From contig CACYDT010000106.1 of assembly GCA_902773295.1 (NCBI GenBank), forward strand, positions 4,028 through 68,027: a DNA stretch of 64,000 bases, written 5' to 3'. Positions within the stretch are counted from its first letter, which is position 1; the number at the start of each line of letters is the position of its first letter. A model generated the notes under the pieces. The model was not told where the DNA came from. It did no database searches and worked only from the letters and a program-made list of their open reading frames with translations. This DNA is from an uncultured Veillonellaceae bacterium (GTDB lineage Bacteria > Bacillota > Negativicutes > Selenomonadales > Selenomonadaceae). The position numbers and the translations under genes were made by a program. Below, one piece after another: positions 1 through 7,166 of the stretch.

Positions 1-1
1 T

Positions 2-391
2 TACTGGAAGGCACAGTCCAGAGGTTACTATACGATTTCCGATGTAGCCATGTGGCTGGAACTTCTGGAGAAGGGGGACTGCGTTGTCTTCCGTGACCCT
101 CTGAGCTATTATCGCTGGCATGGGGCGCAGGAAGGACAGCAGAAAGATGTCATCTTGCTGAGCAGATTGGAATGGTTCCGGCTGGCAACGGAAGATTATT
201 CGGTGAGGCATGTGTTTCTTCGGGAGCGGGAGGACTTCGTATCCCTGTTGCGGGCTTTGTGCAGGGAGTACGATCGGGTTGAGCCGCACAGAGATCCGGA
301 GTTTCTGGAGTGCAGCCATTGGAAGGAATATGCGCGGACGATGTGGAAGATACGGCGCATTCTTGCGGAAGGCGAGGACGCTGCTACATAA
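2..391 (+). CDS. 3' part of a gene that starts upstream of the window; product not identified
   Basis: The frame of listed ORF 50..391 stays open back to the window edge, with no stop from nt 2. It ends at TAA 389-391, 20 nt before the next gene. No motif I can name. Confidence 0.4.
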   Translation, partial: YWKAQSRGYYTISDVAMWLELLEKGDCVVFRDPLSYYRWHGAQEGQQKDVILLSRLEWFRLATEDYSVRHVFLREREDFVSLLRALCREYDRVEPHRDPEFLECSHWKEYARTMWKIRRILAEGEDAAT

Positions 392-411
392 CAGGATCGA
401 GGGATACGTCA

Positions 412-1071
412 ATGATTGTATATGCGACACACCAAGGGGGAAAGTACCTCCCTGTGGAGGAAAGCCTCCGGATCCAGCCGGAGGGGAAGCGGAATCTCTA
501 TGTGAACATCACGAACCGTTGCAATTGCTCCTGCGTGTTCTGCTTGCGCACAATGAAGAAGATGGCGGAGGAATCGAGCCTTTGGCTGAAACAGGAGCCG
601 TCTGTTCCGGAGGTCAAGGAAGCATTGGACGGGGTTCCCTGGGAATATATCAGGGAGGTGGTGTTCTGCGGCTTCGGCGAGCCGACCCAGAGGCAGACGG
701 AATTGGTGGAACTCCTGCATTATGTGAAGTCCCGGCATCCCGGGATGCCCACGCGGCTCAACACCAACGGCCTTGGTGAGCTGGAGTACGGGCGGGAGAT
801 TGCGTCGGATTTTGCGGGAGTGCTGGACACTGTCTCCATCAGCCTCAATGCATCGAATGCGAAGCGGTATCTGGAGCTCACCCGGGCGAAATTCGGCATG
901 CCTTCCTATGAGGGAATGCTCGCCTTTGCGGAACATTGCAAACAATATGTGCCCAATGTCGTCCTGACCGTCGTTGACAAGGTGGAGGACGCAGAGGAGA
1001 TTGCCCGTTGCCGGGAGATTTGCGAGAAGAGAGGATTGCAGCTCAAGGTCAGGGAATACGAGGATTCCTAA
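412..1071 (+). CDS. Radical SAM protein (small, TatD-associated-like family)
   Basis: Internal ATG at 412 (MIVYATHQGG) follows GAGGGA and the stop of the previous ORF. CX3CX2C motif in NITNRCNCSCVFCLR. The size and EVVFCGFGEP / ISLNA motifs resemble the small radical SAM family linked to TatD nucleases. Confidence 0.7.
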   Translation: MIVYATHQGGKYLPVEESLRIQPEGKRNLYVNITNRCNCSCVFCLRTMKKMAEESSLWLKQEPSVPEVKEALDGVPWEYIREVVFCGFGEPTQRQTELVELLHYVKSRHPGMPTRLNTNGLGELEYGREIASDFAGVLDTVSISLNASNAKRYLELTRAKFGMPSYEGMLAFAEHCKQYVPNVVLTVVDKVEDAEEIARCREICEKRGLQLKVREYEDS

Positions 1072-1104
1072 AGAGCTGAACAGTTCCTTGGAATTTGCGG
1101 GAGG

Positions 1105-2331
1105 ATGGTCATGGGATCGGTTCGGTATTTCACATGCAAAAGACCGGAGGATATGCCATCGAGGAATGAATGGAGGGTACAGATCCGGGCATTTCAGAAA
1201 ATGGAGGGCTTTGCCGGGCCGGTGCGGGGGGAGACAGGGATCCCGGGACTCCGGATAGATTTCAACCTGGGGCTTCGGCTGGTGGTTCCGGAAGGCTCCT
1301 GGCATGTTGTGATTTCTGATTACGATACGGAAACCGTGTTTTTTGATGATGATGTATCGGATGTGCAGCTCGTTTCTGTGGAAAAGTATTATGTCCATTG
1401 GTCTGTGGAAGTTTCCAGGGATGGCGTTCCCGTCTTTTCCCATGTCTTTGACCCCGAGGGACAGGAAGTCATTTTTTTCTGTTGCCATAAGGCACTGGGG
1501 GATGCTTTGGCGTTCCTGCCCTATGCGAAGCTCTTTCGGGAGCGGCATTCCTGCCGTCTTTGCTGCAAGGTGCCGGATACGCTGCAGGAGTTCGTGGCGC
1601 ATCTCTATCCGGAGCTTCCGCAGGTGGAGAGAGCAACGGACGATACCTATGCAGTGTTTTATCTGGGAGCATGGTTTTCCTTCATGGGGATGCCCGTGGA
1701 TTTGAGAGCCTTTCCTCTGGCAGAGCTGGCCGGACCTATGGTGGGGCTTTCTAGGCCTGCGCCTATGCCGCCTTTTGCCCCGACACGGCCACGGCTCTTT
1801 CCGGAACGGTATGTCTGCATTGCTGTCCAAGCCTCGACACTTTCCAAGGGATGGCACTATCCCAAGGGATGGGAGAGGGTCGTGGAGCATCTGAAGAATC
1901 TTGGCTACCGGGTCTTTTGCATTGACCGCCATGCCTATCAACGGGAACTGGACTACGAGACACGGAGGCCGGAGAATGCGGAGGACATGACGGGGGACTA
2001 TAGCATCATGGATCGCGCCAACATGCTCTATTATGCGGATTTCTTCATCGGCCTCAGCAGCGGTCTGGCTTGGGTGGCCAAGGCCGCAGGATGCCCGGTG
2101 GTTCTCATCAGCGGAATGACACAGACATGGAATGAGTTCCATACCCCCTATCGCATCATCAACCGCCAGGTATGCAACGGATGCTTCAACGATGTGCGGG
2201 TGAGGTTTCGGGACTCTTTTTGTCCCTATCATGAGGGAACGGAGCGGGAACTGGAATGCTCCAAGAGAATTTCCCCGCGTCAGGTCATAGCGGCGATTGA
2301 GGAGTTGAGGAAAGCCGGAAGAAACGAGTGA
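1105..2331 (+). CDS. TibC/AAH-like protein O-heptosyltransferase (autotransporter-heptosyltransferase family)
   Basis: N-terminal GLRIDFNLGLRLVVPEGSWHVVISDYDTETVFF followed by FFCCHKALGDALAFLPYAKLFRERHSCRLCC matches my memory of TibC (YDFNDGARVLLPEGKWHVRLLD ... GTLGDLLGWFPYAERF...CRLEC). C-terminal Cys cluster CNGCFND...FCPYH...EC. The likely true start is the second ATG at 1111 (GGGAGG 6 nt upstream). Confidence 0.7.
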   Translation: MVMGSVRYFTCKRPEDMPSRNEWRVQIRAFQKMEGFAGPVRGETGIPGLRIDFNLGLRLVVPEGSWHVVISDYDTETVFFDDDVSDVQLVSVEKYYVHWSVEVSRDGVPVFSHVFDPEGQEVIFFCCHKALGDALAFLPYAKLFRERHSCRLCCKVPDTLQEFVAHLYPELPQVERATDDTYAVFYLGAWFSFMGMPVDLRAFPLAELAGPMVGLSRPAPMPPFAPTRPRLFPERYVCIAVQASTLSKGWHYPKGWERVVEHLKNLGYRVFCIDRHAYQRELDYETRRPENAEDMTGDYSIMDRANMLYYADFFIGLSSGLAWVAKAAGCPVVLISGMTQTWNEFHTPYRIINRQVCNGCFNDVRVRFRDSFCPYHEGTERELECSKRISPRQVIAAIEELRKAGRNE

Positions 2332-2358
2332 TTCCGCATAAAGGAGTCCGGACATACT

Positions 2359-2388
2359 AAAACCGGCCTGCAACAGAACACAGGCCGG
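2359..2388 (-). terminator. Intrinsic terminator, minus-strand orientation
   Basis: 8-bp GC stem ccggcctg (2363-2370) / caggccgg (2381-2388) with a 10-nt loop. On the minus strand it is followed by UUUU (plus-strand aaaa 2359-2362). On the plus strand no U-tract follows. Confidence 0.65.
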
Positions 2389-2703
2389 TCTAACCGTGAA
2401 TCGACATAAAGAATAACCTCAGGTTCGCTTGTTCGTTCTTCCTGATGACAGTGCATCAACGCTTCCATATAGCCTCAAGTCCGCAAGAGCCAAACTCCTG
2501 CCCCTCTTTGCCTCAATGGACATTTCCTCATTCCAAAGTGGGCACTCATCAGTCCGTCCGAAGGGAATTCTGTCCGTCAAGCATCAATAGACATCCACCC
2601 TTTCCGCTACCACCAGAGAAGAGCCTGTTTCGGCTACCGCTGCCGCACGCCTTGCCTCACCGGACTGCAGCCCTGCGGCTCACTGGTCGATCCCCTCTTT
2701 ATA
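2359..2703 (-). ncRNA. Candidate orphan non-coding RNA of about 345 nt, class unknown
   Basis: Bounded by a near-consensus sigma-70 promoter (2710-2738, minus) and an intrinsic terminator (2359-2388, minus). No convincing ORF on either strand. It is divergent from the flagellin 1 promoter. Confidence 0.5.
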
Positions 2704-2709
2704 TTTCAT

Positions 2710-2738
2710 ATTATATCATAACTTTGGAGGCTTTGCAA
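2710..2738 (-). promoter_or_regulatory. Sigma-70-type promoter TTGCAA-N17-TATAAT (minus strand)
   Basis: Plus-strand ttgcaa at 2733-2738 is its own reverse complement. A 17-nt spacer runs 2716-2732. attata at 2710-2715 is TATAAT on the minus strand. Confidence 0.6.
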
Positions 2739-2762
2739 GATTCTGAATACATATTTTTTACT

Positions 2763-2789
2763 TAAGTTTTTGGGGGAAAATGACGATAT
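2763..2789 (+). promoter_or_regulatory. Sigma-28 (FliA/SigD)-type promoter of flagellin 1: TAAG-N15-GACGATAT
   Basis: Compare the SigD/FliA consensus TAAA-N15-GCCGATAT. About 57 nt upstream of the flagellin start. The same cTTAAGttttt...CGATAT box occurs at 30980, 31117 and 13989. Confidence 0.75.
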
Positions 2790-2810
2790 AGAGGAAAGAT
2801 GTAGGAAGGC

Positions 2811-2836
2811 TTACGGATGGTTTAGTCAACGAGGAG
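2811..2836 (+). promoter_or_regulatory. Candidate CsrA-binding sites in the flagellin 1 leader
   Basis: uuACGGAUGG (2811-2820) resembles the CsrA consensus RUACARGGAUGU. The SD GAGGAG (2831-2836) would be a second GGA site. fliW and csrA are encoded in the window. Confidence 0.35.
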
Positions 2837-2846
2837 TTGAAGCGCG

Positions 2847-4286
2847 ATGGCGATGGTAGTGAAGAATAATATGTCGGCAGTCAATACGCTGAATACGCTC
2901 AATGCGAATAACAGTCAGATGTCGAAGTCGTTGAAGAAGGTGTCTTCGGGCATGCGGATCAATTCCGCAAGTGACGGGACTTCGGAATATGCCTTTTCCA
3001 TGCGCCTGCGTTCCTTGGAAGGGGCGTATGGGCAGGACATCGATAATGCGAAGAAGGGAAATGATCTGGTATCGGTTGCGGAAGGTGGGATACAGGTAAT
3101 TATTGATATCATGCGCGAAATGAAGGCAATGGCGCTCAATTCCGCAAATGATTCGAACACAGATTTGGATCGCCAGACATTGCAGAAGGATTTCGCGAAG
3201 CGCATGGAAGTGATTTCGGATATTGCTGCTACGACGAACTATAACGGAAAATTGTTATTGAATGGAGACTATGCTCGCCCGGGCAATGTTCAACCTGTGC
3301 CGGGAACACCCAATACTACCGTGAGGAAGATGACATCTGCTTTTTCGCCGTCCACTGGCACAACAGAAGTCAGACCTCCCGGAAAAAGTAACGGAGGGAG
3401 TGGATATGTTACGGATAAGGCTTTTGTTGCAAAGAATGGATCGCAGGCTGCAGCGTATGTGGATTTCTCTGGGGCGCAAATCGCAGGGGTATTGCCGGAT
3501 GCGTTGCATGATCAGGGGTTTGTGATATTGTGCGGGACATGCGATCAGTACATAGGTTTTAAGTTTGATGCGAAAACAACTGAATCGACGAATGTTTCAC
3601 AAAGCGGAAGCAGTGGTGAGTTCGTGATTGGGATAAAAAATGTAACTGACATAAATGACTTGGCTAAAGCAATCTACGAGGGGCTTAAGAGCATACAGCC
3701 TTCAGCAGCTGATGCAACATACCCTACAGCAGTACAAATAAATAGCAGTCATAATGTTCGTATTGCTCAGGATCCTAGTAATCCCAATAAGTATGTTATC
3801 GTAAAACAGACAAGTTCTAGCAGTTATTTGCAGTTTTATGACAGGGGGCGCATTGATGAACGACTTCCAGTTCCGGAGGATGAGAAAATAAGGCCGCCTT
3901 TGATTATCCACACAGGCCCAAAGCAGAACCAGTATGTCCCAATATATATTAACAGCATGTCCCCAATTGCCATGGGGTTGAACGTGGCATCGGTGAGCTC
4001 GCGTAACCGTGCGATTGCTGCTATTACCTATGTGGATTGGGCATTGGAATATGCTTTGGATGAGCAGACTTTCATGGGTTCCTATCGCCAGCGTCTCTTT
4101 GAAGCGGAGGAAAATCTGGTAACGGCGCAGGAGAATACGACAGCTACCAAGAGCACCGTTCAGGATGCGGACATGGCGAAGGAGATGGTGACCTACACGA
4201 AGAACAACGTCCTCAGCCAGACCGCCCAGTCCATGCTTTCCCAGGCCAACCAGAACAGCAGCGGGATTTTGGATCTCCTGCAGTGA
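2847..4286 (+). CDS. fliC: Flagellin, copy 1 (479 aa)
   Basis: Canonical D0/D1 ends: MAMVVKNNMSAVNTLNTLN...LKKVSSGMRINSASD and ...DADMAKEMVTYTKNNVLSQTAQSMLSQANQNSSGILDLLQ. Unique central domain. SD GAGGAG upstream. Confidence 0.95.
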   Translation: MAMVVKNNMSAVNTLNTLNANNSQMSKSLKKVSSGMRINSASDGTSEYAFSMRLRSLEGAYGQDIDNAKKGNDLVSVAEGGIQVIIDIMREMKAMALNSANDSNTDLDRQTLQKDFAKRMEVISDIAATTNYNGKLLLNGDYARPGNVQPVPGTPNTTVRKMTSAFSPSTGTTEVRPPGKSNGGSGYVTDKAFVAKNGSQAAAYVDFSGAQIAGVLPDALHDQGFVILCGTCDQYIGFKFDAKTTESTNVSQSGSSGEFVIGIKNVTDINDLAKAIYEGLKSIQPSAADATYPTAVQINSSHNVRIAQDPSNPNKYVIVKQTSSSSYLQFYDRGRIDERLPVPEDEKIRPPLIIHTGPKQNQYVPIYINSMSPIAMGLNVASVSSRNRAIAAITYVDWALEYALDEQTFMGSYRQRLFEAEENLVTAQENTTATKSTVQDADMAKEMVTYTKNNVLSQTAQSMLSQANQNSSGILDLLQ

Positions 4287-4380
4287 GCAAAGAAGCCTCT
4301 CTCGCTATGGGAGAGGCTTTTTTCTTGACGGGCGTTCCCGGGCAGTATACACTTAAGCTATCCATAGGGAAAGAAAGGCG
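4287..4380 (+). repeat. Terminator-plus-promoter cassette, copy A
   Basis: gcaaagAagcct...gaggcttttttct..TTGACG-N17-TACACTta.. aligns by eye with 4939-5045. TTGACG is at 4325-4330 and TACACT at 4348-4353. Confidence 0.6.
4293..4325 (+). terminator. Intrinsic terminator after flagellin 1
   Basis: gcctctc (4295-4301) / gagaggc (4311-4317) stem followed by a T-run. Confidence 0.8.
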
Positions 4381-4389
4381 GCGAAAGAA

Positions 4390-4938
4390 ATGCTGGACAT
4401 GTTGGAGGAAGAGCATGAATTGATCAACGGCGAGGAAGTCTTGCTGGCGGCAGCGAGCTTGCCTCATCTGGGGATACAAAGGAATATGTCAAGGGTGATC
4501 GGCAACTATCTTCGCGGCAAAAGGTGCAGCTTGTTCACAGAGGCAAGGGTGGTATTTGATGACAAGAACTGGTTCCAGCCGGATGTGCTGGTAATATGCG
4601 ATAGGAGCAAGATGAGGTTGAACCACATCGAGGGGGCTCCGGACTTCGTCGCGGAGGTTCTTTCCCCCACCACGAAGTTCCGGGATCTGGGGATCAAGAA
4701 GGATACCTATGAGAGGTTTGGCGTGGGGGAATACTGGGTGGTGGATCCCCTGGCAAGGGATGTGACGGTGTACCTGCTTCGGGACGGGAAATACGAGCTC
4801 GACTATGTTTACCACAGCTACTCGGAGGAGGAATGGGAGGGGCTTACGGAAAAGGAGAAGTCCCAGCAGAAACTCGCGTTGAAGCTCAGCCTCTACGATG
4901 ATTTGGTGATTCCGGTGGAGGAAATCTTCGAGGAATGA
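4390..4938 (+). CDS. Uma2-family (DUF820) putative endonuclease
   Basis: Typical Uma2 pattern: ...FQPDVLVICDRSK...GAPDFVAEVLSPTT...D...K...Y...GV.EYWVVDP. Confidence 0.75.
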   Translation: MLDMLEEEHELINGEEVLLAAASLPHLGIQRNMSRVIGNYLRGKRCSLFTEARVVFDDKNWFQPDVLVICDRSKMRLNHIEGAPDFVAEVLSPTTKFRDLGIKKDTYERFGVGEYWVVDPLARDVTVYLLRDGKYELDYVYHSYSEEEWEGLTEKEKSQQKLALKLSLYDDLVIPVEEIFEE

Positions 4939-5045
4939 GCAAAGCAGCCTTTCCCGTTACGGGGGAGGCTTTTTTCTCAAGGAGGAATTTCCTTGACGAG
5001 GCTTTCCGGATAGTATATACTTAGGATATACAAGAGGCGGGAGGG
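4939..5045 (+). repeat. Terminator-plus-promoter cassette, copy B
   Basis: gcaaagCagcct..ggaggcttttttct, about 17 extra nt, then TTGACG (4993-4998)-N17-TATACT (5016-5021). Related to copy A at 4287-4380. Confidence 0.6.
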
Positions 5046-5051
5046 ATTTTT

Positions 5052-5300
5052 ATGGTGGCCACTGCCATACAAAGATGGGGAAACAGTCAGGGAATCAGGG
5101 TTCCCAAGTATTTGCTGGATGCATTGAAATGGAGCCGGGATGAGAAAATAACGATTCATGCGAAGGACAACCGATTGATTATTGAGCAGGCGATACCCGG
5201 AAGGCATCCGAGCATCGAGGAATTGTTCGAGGGGTTTGATGGCGAGTACAAGCCGGTTGAGATTGGATGGGGTGATCCGGTGGGGAGGGAAGCATGGTAA
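5052..5300 (+). CDS. mazE: MazE/PemI-type antitoxin (AbrB/SpoVT fold)
   Basis: MVATAIQRWGNSQGIRVPKYLLDAL is the classic MazE N-terminus. 82 aa. Overlaps the toxin gene by 7 nt. Confidence 0.85.
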   Translation: MVATAIQRWGNSQGIRVPKYLLDALKWSRDEKITIHAKDNRLIIEQAIPGRHPSIEELFEGFDGEYKPVEIGWGDPVGREAW

Positions 5301-5629
5301 AGCAGGGGGATATCATTTGGGTGAATTTCAATCCGCAGAAGGGGCATGAGCAGGCAGGCTATCGTCCGGCACTGGTCGTCAGCAACAATTTTTTCCATGC
5401 AAAAACAAGGCTGGCCATTGTGTGCCCTATCACCAGTACGGACAATGCGTTTCCGTTGCATGTTCCTCTCGATGAAAGGACGGATACCGCCGGATATATC
5501 CTGTGCGAGCATGTCAGGACATTGGATTTGGAGGCAAGGCCGCATCGCTTTGTGGAACGTTTGCCGATGGATCTTCTGGACAGGGTTTGCAATATATTGT
5601 TTGCGGAGATGGAAATCAAGGGCGAATAG
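5294..5629 (+). CDS. mazF: MazF/PemK-type endoribonuclease toxin
   Basis: GDIIWVNFNPQKGHEQAGYRPALVVS...CPITS are PemK/MazF signatures. 111 aa. Confidence 0.85.
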   Translation: MVKQGDIIWVNFNPQKGHEQAGYRPALVVSNNFFHAKTRLAIVCPITSTDNAFPLHVPLDERTDTAGYILCEHVRTLDLEARPHRFVERLPMDLLDRVCNILFAEMEIKGE

Positions 5630-5642
5630 AGAGGAGCGAGCA

Positions 5643-6479
5643 ATGAAGCGTCTTGTGATCATTCGCGGCGGGGGGGAGCTTGCCACGGCTGCCGCAATTT
5701 ACCTGCATAATTCCGGGTTTCGGGTGCTGGTGCTGGAGAAGCCACAGCCTACGTCCATACGGCGGGAGGTTTCCTTTGCCGATGCCGCCTATGACGGAAA
5801 GAAGTCCATCGCCCGTGTGGAGTGCCGTCTGGCGGATTCTCCCAAGGAGGCGGAGAAGCGGCTGAAAAATGAGGAAGTGGTCATGCTCATTGACCCCAAG
5901 GGGAGGTGCATCCCCGATTTCAAGCCGAAGGTGCTCATGGATGGCATCATGGCCAACGAAAACCGGGGAACCTCCAAAGGCATGGCAGAGCACACCATTG
6001 CCCTGGGGCCTGGCTTCTGCGCTGGGCGGGATGTGGATGCGGTCATCGAGACCATGCGGGGGCACAATCTCGGGAAAATCATCTATGAAGGATATTCCTA
6101 TCGCGATCAGGGAAAAGCCAGCCTGGTGGATGTTGCCGGCGCCTTTGGGCGCCTGATCTTTGCGCCGGAGGAGGGAAAGTTTGAGGGCCTATATCATATT
6201 TCCCATAAGATGCAGAAGGATGAGCCTGTGGCCAGGCTTCATAAAGAGGATGGAAGCGTCATGGAGATCCGGACGCAGACCAGCGGCGTCCTTCGCGGCA
6301 TCGTGCATAGCGGCTGCACGGTGAAGGCAGGGCAGAAGCTCGTGGACATCAATCCCGTCATGAGCCGCGAGGATTGCTTCCGGCTTTCCGACAAGGCGCG
6401 GTGCGTTGCCGGTTCCGTGCTGCAGGCGGTCATGGCCTGGGAGAGCAAGAAGCGGAAGCGCATCAGCTTCGATTTTTAG
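5643..6479 (+). CDS. yqeB: YqeB-family protein (accessory protein of the selenium-dependent molybdenum hydroxylase system)
   Basis: The internal ATG at 5643 (MKRLVIIRGGGELATAAAIYLHNSGFRVLVLE) is in frame with listed ORF 5346..6479. The upstream part of that ORF overlaps mazF and is not coding. Rossmann-like start and length fit the YqeB family as I remember it. Confidence 0.55.
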   Translation: MKRLVIIRGGGELATAAAIYLHNSGFRVLVLEKPQPTSIRREVSFADAAYDGKKSIARVECRLADSPKEAEKRLKNEEVVMLIDPKGRCIPDFKPKVLMDGIMANENRGTSKGMAEHTIALGPGFCAGRDVDAVIETMRGHNLGKIIYEGYSYRDQGKASLVDVAGAFGRLIFAPEEGKFEGLYHISHKMQKDEPVARLHKEDGSVMEIRTQTSGVLRGIVHSGCTVKAGQKLVDINPVMSREDCFRLSDKARCVAGSVLQAVMAWESKKRKRISFDF

Positions 6480-6483
6480 AAGG

Positions 6484-7140
6484 ATGGGGATATTCGAAGG
6501 TATCCTGGATTTCCTCTATCCGCCACGATGCCCCAAGTGCCGTGCTTATGTGAAGGCTCGTGGGGATTGGTGCGTGGAATGCCTGCGGGAGACAATCCAG
6601 ATCCACAGGCTGCCGCTTTCCGTGGAGGCGGCGGGCAGCCTGATGGCGGTATGGGCTTTGGGGCGGTATCGCGGCGGCCTTCAGGATCTCATTCGCGGCT
6701 TGAAGTATCATGGGAAGAAAGGGAATCTTCCTTGTATCCGGACATTCCTGAACTCCTGTGACCGGGTTCTCGCCGATGTTCCTTCATCGGCGGTTGCTGT
6801 TCCGGTTCCACTTTCTCCTGCGAGAGAGAAGCAGCGCGGATTCAATCAGGCGGATCTGATGTTCCGCGGCTGGCTGGCAGAGCGGGGGATTCCCATGGAA
6901 CGGATGCTCCTGCGCAAACGGGAAACGACAGCACAGTACGGGCTGTCCGCAGAGGAGCGCAGGGAGAATGTGCAGGGGGTATTTTCCTTGGCAGAAGGGA
7001 TTTGCGCGAGAGGACGGGACGTTCTCCTCGTGGATGATATCATGACCACGGGCGCCACGCTCTCTGCCTGTGCAAAGGTATTGCGCCGGGGCGGCGCGGC
7101 CAGGGTCTATGGGCTTGTGCTAGCCAGCGACAGGGCATAG
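6484..7140 (+). CDS. comFC: ComF family protein / phosphoribosyltransferase-domain protein (ComFC)
   Basis: MGIFEGILDFLYPPRCPKCRAY...WCVEC zinc finger, then GFNQA and the PRT motif VLLVDDIMTTGATL. Confidence 0.85.
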   Translation: MGIFEGILDFLYPPRCPKCRAYVKARGDWCVECLRETIQIHRLPLSVEAAGSLMAVWALGRYRGGLQDLIRGLKYHGKKGNLPCIRTFLNSCDRVLADVPSSAVAVPVPLSPAREKQRGFNQADLMFRGWLAERGIPMERMLLRKRETTAQYGLSAEERRENVQGVFSLAEGICARGRDVLLVDDIMTTGATLSACAKVLRRGGAARVYGLVLASDRA

Positions 7141-7166
7141 GGAAAATTTGGGAGAAAGGATTTGGA

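Noticed and set aside
409-2373. 654-aa minus-strand ORF
   Set aside because: It is antisense to two plus-strand genes with recognisable families (radical SAM, TibC-like). The translation is Arg/His/Pro/Leu-rich low-complexity sequence with no motif. This is a typical shadow ORF of G/C-rich coding DNA.
2530-2560. CUGAUGAG string on the minus-strand candidate RNA, reminiscent of a hammerhead ribozyme core
   Set aside because: There is no stem II closing into a GAAA box and no stem I/III arrangement around it. An isolated 8-mer match is expected by chance.
2359-2703. Identity of the candidate RNA as RNase P RNA, tmRNA, 6S RNA, SRP RNA or a cobalamin riboswitch
   Set aside because: The universal signatures are all absent: GAGGAAAGUCC for RNase P, a tRNA-like 3' end and tag ORF for tmRNA, the SRP domain IV motif, and the B12 box. 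The closest string (GAGGAAAUGUCCAUUG) is not in a P4-compatible context.
2445-2765. 106-aa plus-strand ORF in the gap upstream of flagellin 1
   Set aside because: It is Pro/Ser/His-rich with no RBS, and it runs through the flagellin sigma-28 promoter. The region is better explained by the minus-strand promoter/terminator pair.
5346-5642. 5' extension of the yqeB-like ORF that overlaps mazF in another frame
   Set aside because: The family-typical N-terminus (MKRLVIIRGGGE) starts at 5643, right after the mazF stop. The extension is Trp/Cys/Arg-rich and not protein-like.
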